A stretch of DNA of 40,474 nucleotides from a virus. This document shows positions 26,487 to 33,497 of the stretch, piece after piece; position 1 is the first letter of the stretch, and the number at the start of each line of letters is the position of its first letter. The stretch is from positions 1 through 40,474 of IMG/VR virus record IMGVR_UViG_3300013767_000073; one strand, given 5' to 3'. The translations under genes and the position numbers were made by a program. The notes beneath the pieces were generated by a model, which saw only the letters and a list, made by a program, of their open reading frames with translations, searched no databases and was not told where the DNA came from.

Positions 26487-27521
26487 TTAGGTCGGCTCGT
26501 CCAGCTCGAGCTGGTGCTTCATGCTGGCTACGTAGGCCTCACGCTTGGCGGCGTCGTCAAAGGTCATGTCAAGGGTCACGCGGCCGTTGTCCCATTCCTT
26601 GAGCGTGCCCACCGCCTGGCCATCGCGCATGATCTTGTACTGGCGGGACGTGTTGCGCCGGGCCTTGGCGCCCTCCTCCGCTTTCTTGCGGATGGCTTCC
26701 ACCTTCTTGAAGGAAAGCTCCTCCTCAACAATTCGCTTGGCCAATTCTGTGGTTCTCGCCTCACCGGCCGCCTTGTTAAGCAGTGTCAGCTCATAGCCGA
26801 TGTTGTAGCCGAACGCTTCGGGCGTTTCGATGATGACGTCTAGCACTGACTGTGGCAGACCGGTGAGCGCCAGCATCTTGTTGATCTTGGACTTGCTCTC
26901 TCCGACGATTGGGATGAGGTCCTCTTCGGTGCGGGCAATGCCGGCATCGAGGAGTTGGCGATAGGAGAAGGCAACGTCGAGGAACGTCTCTTGCTCGCGC
27001 TCGTTGTTGAGCGTATGCGCGAGTCGGTAGAAGTCGATGGGCGATAGTCCGTCCAGCACCCAGCAGGACATCTCCGGGCGTCCAAGGTGCAACGTGGCCC
27101 GCTTCCGATAGTGTCCGTCGATCAGTTGGTAGCGCCCAGGCTGCTTGGGGTGCGGTGCGACGAAGGCTGGCACCAGTTGCCCATCGGCTTTGATCGAGTT
27201 GGCACGAGCCTTGATCTTTTCCTCGTTATAGAACTTGCGGCTATTGAGCGGGTTGTCATCAATCAGGTCGATCTGGATGGAGGCCTGGCGGCGCGTGGCC
27301 TTCCCTTCCTTCACCAATGTTTCTACGTAGAAACCAGCCTCCCCTTCCCGTTCTTGGCTCGATTCCGGGTCGGATTGATGCGGCTGCAGGAGGCTATCGC
27401 GGCCGTCCATGGCAGTGGCCACATTGTCGAACCGACTCAGGGTAGCGCTGCGCATCTGTTGGTCCCGTGCCTCGCCGTCCTGGAGGGCGCTAAGGAAATT
27501 TTTCTTGGCCTTAGTCGCCAT
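26487..27521 (-). CDS. parB: ParB-family partition protein
   Basis: IDLIDDNPLNSRKFY ... IKADGQLVPAFVAPHPKQPGRYQLIDGHYRKRA is the ParB N-terminal domain. Lies directly downstream of parA. Confidence 0.85.
   Translation of the reverse strand: MATKAKKNFLSALQDGEARDQQMRSATLSRFDNVATAMDGRDSLLQPHQSDPESSQEREGEAGFYVETLVKEGKATRRQASIQIDLIDDNPLNSRKFYNEEKIKARANSIKADGQLVPAFVAPHPKQPGRYQLIDGHYRKRATLHLGRPEMSCWVLDGLSPIDFYRLAHTLNNEREQETFLDVAFSYRQLLDAGIARTEEDLIPIVGESKSKINKMLALTGLPQSVLDVIIETPEAFGYNIGYELTLLNKAAGEARTTELAKRIVEEELSFKKVEAIRKKAEEGAKARRNTSRQYKIMRDGQAVGTLKEWDNGRVTLDMTFDDAAKREAYVASMKHQLELDEPT
27319..27334. promoter_or_regulatory. parS-like palindrome inside parB
   Basis: gtttctacgtagaaac, a perfect 16-bp palindrome. 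Confidence 0.55.
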
Positions 27522-27523
27522 GT

Positions 27524-28180
27524 TTAGGCTCCAATGATTTCAAGGACTTCATCGACAAGGGCGTTCACTTCCTTCTTTGCCTCGCGAGCGCTTGAACTCA
27601 TGGCCACGACAGGCATGCCGGTTGCCTCGGCCTCCGGATAAGCAGCGCGATCCCCCAGGCTGCTAGCGCACAGCGGGAACTCCTCGTCTTGCCCAAGGGC
27701 TTCAAAGACGTTCTTGCTGATCGTTCGATTCTTCGTTTGGTTCGCGATGGTTCTTACCTGTAGGGTCGCGTTCTGTACCTGTGCTCGCCTGGCCAGATTC
27801 TTCGCTTCCTTCACGGCCCAGAAGTTGCCGGCTGACCCGACTACGGGGATCAGGCCTAGGTCGGAGACCAGCAGCGCGACGGATGGCGCGGCAGACTGGA
27901 TTGCTGGAGGGCAGTCGATAACGATGAAGTCGTAGTCGTCAACGAACTTCCGGATCTCCCTGTCAGGGTGAGGATGAACAGCGAGTGGGAAGACGGTCGC
28001 GGGGAATGGGTTGCTTTCTGTGGCTGCCCCTACTGAGAGGGCGGCAGTTCCCTGCCCGTCGAGATCGACCAGGGCAACTTTGTGGCCACGGTGTCCAAGT
28101 GCCCCTGCGAGGCACAAAGACACAGTGGTCTTTCCTGCGCCGCCCTTCTGATTGAAAACGGTAACGATCTTTGCAGTCAT
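27524..28180 (-). CDS. parA: ParA partition ATPase
   Basis: IVTVFNQKGGAGKTTVSLCLAGAL is the deviant Walker A. Also VALVDLDGQG and IVIDCPP. Confidence 0.9.
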   Translation of the reverse strand: MTAKIVTVFNQKGGAGKTTVSLCLAGALGHRGHKVALVDLDGQGTAALSVGAATESNPFPATVFPLAVHPHPDREIRKFVDDYDFIVIDCPPAIQSAAPSVALLVSDLGLIPVVGSAGNFWAVKEAKNLARRAQVQNATLQVRTIANQTKNRTISKNVFEALGQDEEFPLCASSLGDRAAYPEAEATGMPVVAMSSSAREAKKEVNALVDEVLEIIGA

Positions 28181-28204
28181 GTTGTTGATGCTCCCGTTGG
28201 CCGA

Positions 28205-28222
28205 GGTTTCTACGTAGAAACC
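28205..28222. promoter_or_regulatory. parS-like / operator palindrome in the parA leader
   Basis: ggtttctacgtagaaacc, a perfect 18-bp palindrome 25 nt upstream of the parA ATG. Confidence 0.6.
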
Positions 28223-28265
28223 TACGCGGCATGCGGCGAATGATATAGAGGAAAAATAAAAATAA

Positions 28266-28293
28266 GAAGAAATAAAAACGGGCCGAAGCCCGT
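28266..28293 (-). terminator. Rho-independent terminator ending the DGR transcription unit
   Basis: Minus strand: acgggc-ttcg-gcccgt followed by tttttatttcttc. Confidence 0.7.
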
Positions 28294-28299
28294 CCTGTT

Positions 28300-28315
28300 G
28301 TTTCTACGTAGAAAC
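28300..28315. promoter_or_regulatory. Third copy of the parS-like palindrome
   Basis: gtttctacgtagaaac at 28300-15. Confidence 0.55.
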
Positions 28316-28321
28316 TTCGCG

Positions 28322-28585
28322 TCAGCCAGACGCCAGCCTAGTGCGCCAGCTGCTGTATGGGAGGCCGATGGCGATGTGATAGCGGTGGCGCGCTTCGGCA
28401 CTGCTATCCAGTTCGCTGCGGGATTTGATCTTGCAGGCGGAGCGGAGCACGGAAGCGGCACGCTCCGCATCCTCTAGATCGGAAAAGTCCTTCCAATCGA
28501 TGGGGAAGCGCTCGGCGAGGAAGTGGCGAAAGTCGGCGTTGCTGCAAAGGATTCCGGCGGTGCGGGCGAGGGCGTGGCTGCTCAT
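28322..28585 (-). CDS. Hypothetical 87-aa protein co-transcribed downstream of the RT
   Basis: Starts 12 nt after the RT stop and ends just before the terminator. No recognised family. Confidence 0.6.
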   Translation of the reverse strand: MSSHALARTAGILCSNADFRHFLAERFPIDWKDFSDLEDAERAASVLRSACKIKSRSELDSSAEARHRYHIAIGLPYSSWRTRLASG

Positions 28586-28596
28586 GGCTATATGTC

Positions 28597-29841
28597 CTAG
28601 AAGAGCACCATCTGGCGCGGGGTGATGGCAGGAGCGGGCTCGGTATTGGCGGCTTTGGGTATAGGCTCGGTGGCCAGTCGCCGGTATATCTTGGTGAGGC
28701 TCGAGTCCACGGTGTGGCCGCGGCGGCGAGCAATGTTGGCGAGCTGCGCCTGGTCATGGTGGCTTCCTGTGGCTTGGCGCAGTAGCCCGAGGTAGCTGTT
28801 GGCGCTGGTGAAGACCTCGGCAGCCGGCATTCGCTCGAGGCGGTGTGCTGCCGCCTGGACTGTTCGCCGGCGCGTGGTGCGCACCCATGGTCTGATTACT
28901 TGGCCAACGAAGTCGACGCCGCGCGCAACCGGCTGCAGGATGGTCTTGGCCGGATTCAACTGTGCACCGAGCCGTCGTGGTAGGAATGCCGTGATGTCTT
29001 TCAGTGCGGCGTTCAACCACTGGGGCGATTCATGTAGCAGCACGAAATCGTCGACGTAGCGGATGTAGTGCCGGCACCTGATTTTGTGCTTCACGTGCTG
29101 ATCCAGCGTGTCCAGGTGGACATTGGCAAAGAACTGGCTGCTCAGATTCCCGATCGGTAGGCCTCGATGAGCCGGCTGATTCAGAAGGCTCTTGTGCGCG
29201 GGCACACGCGCCATCAGCTCGCGTGGGCTGTGGAACTGGGCGCCGGGGCGAGGGTCGTGCATTAGCACTACGTCGACCAGCCACATCCACCAGGGCTCCG
29301 TCACGCGCGCGGCCAGCTGCTCGCGTAGGACGTTCTTGTCGATGCTGACGAAGAAGTTCGCCAGATCGCATTTCAGGTAGAAGGCTGGCCTTGCCCAATT
29401 CTGGGTGATGCTGCGGATCTTTGCCTCGAGGCGCTGGGCTGCGTACAGCGTGCCGCGGCCTGGGATGCATGCGCAGCTGTCGGCGACGAATGCAGCGTGG
29501 AAGCGTGACGCGATGCGGTTGTACAGCAGGTGATGGACCACCCGATCGCGGAAGTCGGCTGCCCAGACCTCGCGCACCTTAGGCCGGGTGACGACGAAGC
29601 AGATTGAGCGGCCCGGCCGATAGCAGCCGTCGACCAGATCACGGTGCAGCTGTGTCAGGTTGCGCTCGAGCCGCTGCTCGAAGCGAAGGGCGCTGTGTGT
29701 GCCGCGTTTGTGTCGACGGCAGTCGAAGTAAGCCGCGACGAGTTCCTCGAAAGAAAAGTCAGCATGGGCCGGTACGGCTTGATCTGCGGACGGCGCGCGC
29801 GCGGTACTCGTTACCCTTGTGGTTGTAGTTCTGATTGCCAT
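28597..29841 (-). CDS. DGR reverse transcriptase
   Basis: LPIGNLSSQFFANVHL (the DGR-specific [ILV]GxxxSQ motif) and RYVDDFVLL (YxDD). The only in-frame canonical start near the conserved N-terminus is the ATG at 29841, inside the TR. Confidence 0.9.
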   Translation of the reverse strand: MAIRTTTTRVTSTARAPSADQAVPAHADFSFEELVAAYFDCRRHKRGTHSALRFEQRLERNLTQLHRDLVDGCYRPGRSICFVVTRPKVREVWAADFRDRVVHHLLYNRIASRFHAAFVADSCACIPGRGTLYAAQRLEAKIRSITQNWARPAFYLKCDLANFFVSIDKNVLREQLAARVTEPWWMWLVDVVLMHDPRPGAQFHSPRELMARVPAHKSLLNQPAHRGLPIGNLSSQFFANVHLDTLDQHVKHKIRCRHYIRYVDDFVLLHESPQWLNAALKDITAFLPRRLGAQLNPAKTILQPVARGVDFVGQVIRPWVRTTRRRTVQAAAHRLERMPAAEVFTSANSYLGLLRQATGSHHDQAQLANIARRRGHTVDSSLTKIYRRLATEPIPKAANTEPAPAITPRQMVLF

Positions 29842-29890
29842 TGCCGAAGTTCTGGATCCAGGCGTTGTTGGAGTTCTCCGCGTGCTGCGT
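29781..29890 (-). repeat. DGR template repeat (TR)
   Basis: Aligns to both VRs. On the coding strand it reads ...AEN SNN AWI QNF GNG NQN YNH KGN EYR ARA VRR, with 9 Asn codons (7 AAC, 2 AAT). GC-only stretch at the 3' end. Confidence 0.9.
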
Positions 29891-30061
29891 CGAGTCGTGC
29901 TATCCACGTCGCCTCGCCGAAGGCTTGCGCCGATCGGCGGGGAAACTGCGCTGGACCAGACCCGGGCGAACCCGGCGGTATCCTCATTGCGCCTGTCGGT
30001 GGCCACGCATGGCCAGCGGCACGACCAGATAAAGATCGCACGGGCCTGATCGCCTTGACGA

Positions 30062-30418
30062 TCAGGCAGCAGGCGACGATGCGGAGTGCTTGCGCCAACC
30101 ATGGCCTTGTTTGCTTACGCTGCTGGTGAGTTGGATTGCCTGGGCGTACTGCTTAGTCGAAATGAACTGCATATCGCGCGAGAGGCGGAGCAGCAGTTCG
30201 ACCACTTGCACGCGCTCGAGCAAATCGCTGATGTGCGGCACCTTGTCCCGCGCCACGTTGGCCCGGAAGATCAGCACGACGATGGCCAGGGCCTCGTCGC
30301 GGATCCGGCCGCCGAGCGATAGCTTGAAATCGCGCGGCATGTTGCGGGTCAGGGCCGTCACGTCACGAAACAGGTCGTACGCGACTTTGTAGATGGCCAG
30401 GTCAGTATGAAGCGCCAT
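30062..30418 (-). CDS. avd: Accessory variability determinant (Avd, four-helix-bundle protein)
   Basis: 118 aa. LAIYKVAYDLFRDVTALTRNMPRDFKLSLGGRIRDEAL is typical of the Avd / 23S-IVS four-helix-bundle family. Lies between the target gene and TR. Confidence 0.85.
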   Translation of the reverse strand: MALHTDLAIYKVAYDLFRDVTALTRNMPRDFKLSLGGRIRDEALAIVVLIFRANVARDKVPHISDLLERVQVVELLLRLSRDMQFISTKQYAQAIQLTSSVSKQGHGWRKHSASSPAA

Positions 30419-30434
30419 GCTGAAAAAAATCGTG

Positions 30435-30450
30435 GGCCGCTTACGCGGCC
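30435..30450 (-). promoter_or_regulatory. GC hairpin downstream of VR1 (DGR target-recognition hairpin / terminator)
   Basis: ggccgc-ttac-gcggcc. On the minus strand it is followed by cacgattttttt. Confidence 0.6.
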
Positions 30451-30471
30451 GAATTGAGAAGGACTAAATGA

Positions 30472-30963
30472 CTAAATGGGAGATCTGCGGACGGCGCGCG
30501 CGCGGGACTCGTGACCCTTGTGGCTGCAGACCTGAATGCCATTGCCGAAGTCCTGGACCCAGGCGCTGAGGGAGTACTCCGCGCGCTGCTCGTTGGACCA
30601 ATACCAGGTGCGCTCGAATTCTTCGGGAAGATTGGCGTAGAGCAGCGCCTGCTCTCGCCGAGTTGGCAGCTCGCCGCCGATCGATGCGGCCCAGTCCTTA
30701 GCTGCACTCCATTCCATCTTGCCGGGGTCGGCTGGAAGCAGGACCAGGTGGCAGTCAGGGGCGCCGTCCTTGCTCAGTAGGATGCCGGCATAGCGCTCAC
30801 CTTCGGCGAGGATAGGGCGAATCCCCTGGGCGATGTGGTTTTTGATCACGACGGGATGCTTTTCGATCAGGCTGGCCAGCCAGGCCTTCATGACCGATTG
30901 CGCGGGAATGGTGACCTTGGCCTCTCCGACTTGGAAGGTCACGTTCTCAGCAACTTGCGACAT
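30472..30963 (-). CDS. DGR target protein 1 (DUF1566 / C-type-lectin-fold-like)
   Basis: 163 aa. MEWSAAKDWAASIGGELPTRREQALLY ... YWSNEQRAEYSLSAWVQDFGNGIQVCSHKGHESRARAVRR. VR at the 3' end. Confidence 0.85.
   Translation of the reverse strand: MSQVAENVTFQVGEAKVTIPAQSVMKAWLASLIEKHPVVIKNHIAQGIRPILAEGERYAGILLSKDGAPDCHLVLLPADPGKMEWSAAKDWAASIGGELPTRREQALLYANLPEEFERTWYWSNEQRAEYSLSAWVQDFGNGIQVCSHKGHESRARAVRRSPI
30482..30589 (-). repeat. Variable repeat 1 (VR1)
   Basis: 108-bp alignment to TR 29781-29888 with 14 mismatches. Every mismatch is at a TR plus-strand T (an A on the coding strand). Confidence 0.9.
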
Positions 30964-30998
30964 AGGGTGTGCTCCTGAAATGGTGAAAAATCGCGCGG

Positions 30999-31016
30999 GG
31001 GCCGCTGACGCGGCCC
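30999..31016 (-). promoter_or_regulatory. GC hairpin downstream of VR2
   Basis: gggccgc-tgac-gcggccc. Same core as the VR1 hairpin. Confidence 0.6.
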
Positions 31017-31035
31017 TAATAGATAAAGGGGTGAA

Positions 31036-31692
31036 TTACTGAATCACCAGCATGCTGCGGACGGCGCGCGCGCGGTACTCGAGACCCTTGTGGTAGTAGT
31101 CCTGATCGCCACCGCCGAAGTCCTGGACCCAGGCGTCGTGGGAGTACTCCGCGTGCCGCGTGGAAGTCCAGTAGTAGCCCTCCGCGAAGGCCTCCGCGGC
31201 ACCGGTCTGGAAGATCTCGGCAGCCGTCTGGGCGGGGAAGTCCTCGGTGTATGGGTATCCGACCGGCACGCTGCTGGGGTTATCACCGTCGCGATAGCTT
31301 GCGTAGTTCCCCTCGGTGGGCTTCAGGTTGCGATAGACGAGCTCCTGCTCGTCGCGGGCCGGCAGGTACCAGTCGTGGAAGCCGTTAAGCTGCAGGCCGA
31401 GTGCCCACATGGCGATGTCGCTGCCTGCGCCGGCCATGGCCTTGGTGTTGGCGCGGCCGTCGAAATAGCTCATCGCACCGTCTACGCTTAGCATCGACGA
31501 GTTCCAGATTGTGGGCTCGTGCTCGCCACCGTCTTTCGGTGCGACGACCAGCACGTGGATGCCATCGTCCTTGCGGACCTGGCCGGCGTAGAAGCCGCCG
31601 CCGAGCGGCTGGCCGATCTGCAGCGCAGCGGCTGCGGCCTGGGTGATAGCGCTATGGATGACTTGCATTTCGACTGCGGTGATGGCGGTCAT
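31036..31692 (-). CDS. DGR target protein 2 (DUF1566 / C-type-lectin-fold-like)
   Basis: 218 aa. GGGFYAGQV...HVLVVAPKD ... DWYLPARDEQELVY ... YYWTSTRHAEYSHDAWVQDFGGGDQDYYHKGLEYRARAVR. VR at the 3' end. Confidence 0.85.
   Translation of the reverse strand: MTAITAVEMQVIHSAITQAAAAALQIGQPLGGGFYAGQVRKDDGIHVLVVAPKDGGEHEPTIWNSSMLSVDGAMSYFDGRANTKAMAGAGSDIAMWALGLQLNGFHDWYLPARDEQELVYRNLKPTEGNYASYRDGDNPSSVPVGYPYTEDFPAQTAAEIFQTGAAEAFAEGYYWTSTRHAEYSHDAWVQDFGGGDQDYYHKGLEYRARAVRSMLVIQ
31055..31161 (-). repeat. Variable repeat 2 (VR2)
   Basis: 107-bp alignment to TR 29784-29890 with 13 mismatches, all at TR plus-strand T. Confidence 0.9.
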
Positions 31693-32069
31693 AGTTGCTC
31701 CTGGGTGGGGATGGCCGCAAAGAAGGCGGCGGGCGCTGCGGTGGGAAGCTGGTGCGCGAGATTGCGCTCCAGCTGACGGCGGAAGGCGATGGCCTTCTTC
31801 AGGCCAGCGTCGCGCTTCACGGGGTCGACACTAGCCGCGCGTTCGCGGGCCAGACGAATGGCGAAATCGATGCTGTCGCCGGCGGCGACGCGCTGGCCGC
31901 TCTCGATATGCGATACGGCATACAGAGGGCTGTACGGGCCGGTATTGACCATGGCATGGACCGCGCAGGAATCCACGGGCATCCCGGGGATGTCGATGAT
32001 GTCGCCGATCACCTCTTCCAGCCAGGCTGTGCCGCCGGCGCGGTCGCCGCATGTGATATGGAACCTCAT
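31689..32069 (-). CDS. Hypothetical protein, translationally coupled to DGR target 2
   Basis: In-frame ATG at 32069 (MRFHITCGD...). ATGA overlaps at both ends. Confidence 0.6.
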   Translation of the reverse strand: MRFHITCGDRAGGTAWLEEVIGDIIDIPGMPVDSCAVHAMVNTGPYSPLYAVSHIESGQRVAAGDSIDFAIRLARERAASVDPVKRDAGLKKAIAFRRQLERNLAHQLPTAAPAAFFAAIPTQEQL

Positions 32070-32539
32070 GACTGCCCCTCGCTGAGGGCACGCAGCGACG
32101 CATTCTCTTGCTCGAGTTGTCCGATTCGCTGCGACTGGTCCTCGCGGCTGCCGCGTAGCAGTGCACGCATGGCCTGCTCGGCGATGAGTTGGTGAGGGGC
32201 CTGGCGGGCGTGAAGCATGGCCGCGTAATTGGCGATGTCCGCTGGATCGCCCTTGGTGACGGCATGCCCGAGTAGCATGGCCAGTCGCTCCAGAGAGCAC
32301 TCGAGCGGATTGTCCCAGCCGCTGCGGCCGCGGGCTCGGCATTCCCGTAGCTTCGCCTTCATCGCTTCGGCTAACTGGTCGACGGCGAGATTATCGATAT
32401 GCGGGGCTGGCGGAGGCGTGACCTTCTTGCGCGAGGTCGCGGCGAGCCGCTGGGCGCCTTCTTCGCCGATGCGGGTGCCGATCGTGCCGAGAATAGGCGC
32501 GATCGGACTGTGGTGGGTGTGCTTGCGGTGGTAGCTCAT
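32066..32539 (-). CDS. Hypothetical protein (shares a motif with the upstream gene)
   Basis: ATG at 32539 (MSYHRKH...). ATGA overlaps. Motif DPADIANYAAMLHAR. Confidence 0.6.
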   Translation of the reverse strand: MSYHRKHTHHSPIAPILGTIGTRIGEEGAQRLAATSRKKVTPPPAPHIDNLAVDQLAEAMKAKLRECRARGRSGWDNPLECSLERLAMLLGHAVTKGDPADIANYAAMLHARQAPHQLIAEQAMRALLRGSREDQSQRIGQLEQENASLRALSEGQS

Positions 32540-33060
32540 GCGCGAGCCTCGCATTCGCCGAAGCGGCGCAGGAGGGCGGCATCTTCTTCGCTGGCCGGTT
32601 GAGCCTCCACATCGTCAGAGCCGGGCACGGCGACGCCGACAAACGTCACCTGTTCACCGTGGGTCCAGACGGGCGTCAGCGTAATGGTCTCGCCGACGTG
32701 CAGCGTGTGCTCTTCGGGTGTGTATCCATACCATTCGCCGTCCTGCCAGTAGCCGTAGGGTTCGGATGGAGTGGGGGAGGCCGCCGAGGCCTCCAGCTGG
32801 GCTGTCTCCATCCTGATGCGGTCGAGCAGGGGGCGAAGCGCGAGGCGGGCGAGGCTGTCGTCATCGATGCCGCGCTCATGCAGTAGCATGGCGTACACAC
32901 CGACATCAATCGGGCTGCGGCGACCGAGGCTGTCGACCAGGGCGAGCGCAAGGTCATTGTTCGAGAGCGTGGTCGGGTCTGGTGTCATCACGTGAAGGCG
33001 GGCGGCAACGGCCAGGGAGAACTGGTGCGTCTTGCCGGGTGAGCGAATGGTCTGCGTCAT
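32536..33060 (-). CDS. Hypothetical protein
   Basis: 174 aa. ATGA overlaps. Motif SPIDVGVYAMLLHER. Confidence 0.6.
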   Translation of the reverse strand: MTQTIRSPGKTHQFSLAVAARLHVMTPDPTTLSNNDLALALVDSLGRRSPIDVGVYAMLLHERGIDDDSLARLALRPLLDRIRMETAQLEASAASPTPSEPYGYWQDGEWYGYTPEEHTLHVGETITLTPVWTHGEQVTFVGVAVPGSDDVEAQPASEEDAALLRRFGECEARA

Positions 33061-33497
33061 GCTCGTTTCTCCAACGGGTGGGGCGCCGGCTTTGCGCCGT
33101 GTGCGGTCATGGCTGCAACGGCGATGTCGCGCGCGGCGGCGAGGGAGCGGACCGAGGCGGTATTGATCGCCTCGTGGATCTGCACGGAGACCGCGCGAAG
33201 CGATAGCTTCTCGAACTGATAGGCGACGACCTGGCCGCTTTGCTGCCAGCGCTCATAGATCGTGTCGAGCGTGCGCTGCGCTGATTGGAACTGCCGGTCG
33301 AAGTCGCTCACGCGCTGGAGAGCCATGGCCTGGCGGGCGATGGTGAGCATGCGGGCGACCCGGTTGAAGGACTTGGGTGAGGGGTCAAGAAACAGGTCGG
33401 CCAGGCTGTCGTAGAGCTCAAGCTGTAGGCTGGCTTTGTCCTGTGCGATGGTCGGGGTCGCGCCGCGGCGGATTTGGTGAAAGTGCCGTGTGCTCAT
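33057..33497 (-). CDS. Hypothetical protein
   Basis: 146 aa. 4-nt overlaps on both sides. Confidence 0.6.
   Translation of the reverse strand: MSTRHFHQIRRGATPTIAQDKASLQLELYDSLADLFLDPSPKSFNRVARMLTIARQAMALQRVSDFDRQFQSAQRTLDTIYERWQQSGQVVAYQFEKLSLRAVSVQIHEAINTASVRSLAAARDIAVAAMTAHGAKPAPHPLEKRA

Noticed and set aside
26150-26602. ORFs 26150..26407(-), 26232..26447(-) and 26306..26602(+).
   Set aside because: They cover the iterons, the AT-rich element and the DnaA boxes of oriV. They have no RBS and no plausible protein features.
28222-28757. ORFs 28222..28470(-) and 28404..28757(-).
   Set aside because: They overlap the supported 87-aa gene and the RT 3' end in other frames. They also run through the terminator and the parA promoter.
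29842-30102. N-terminal extension of the 501-aa RT ORF.
   Set aside because: This part is the TR read in another frame, plus the TR-avd spacer and the end of avd. It has no RT-like sequence.
28597-30102. RT as a retron, group II intron or Abi-type defence RT.
   Set aside because: TR/VR pairs with adenine-only mismatches, an adjacent Avd and the IGNLSSQ motif identify it as a DGR RT. No intron or msr/msd-like structure is evident.
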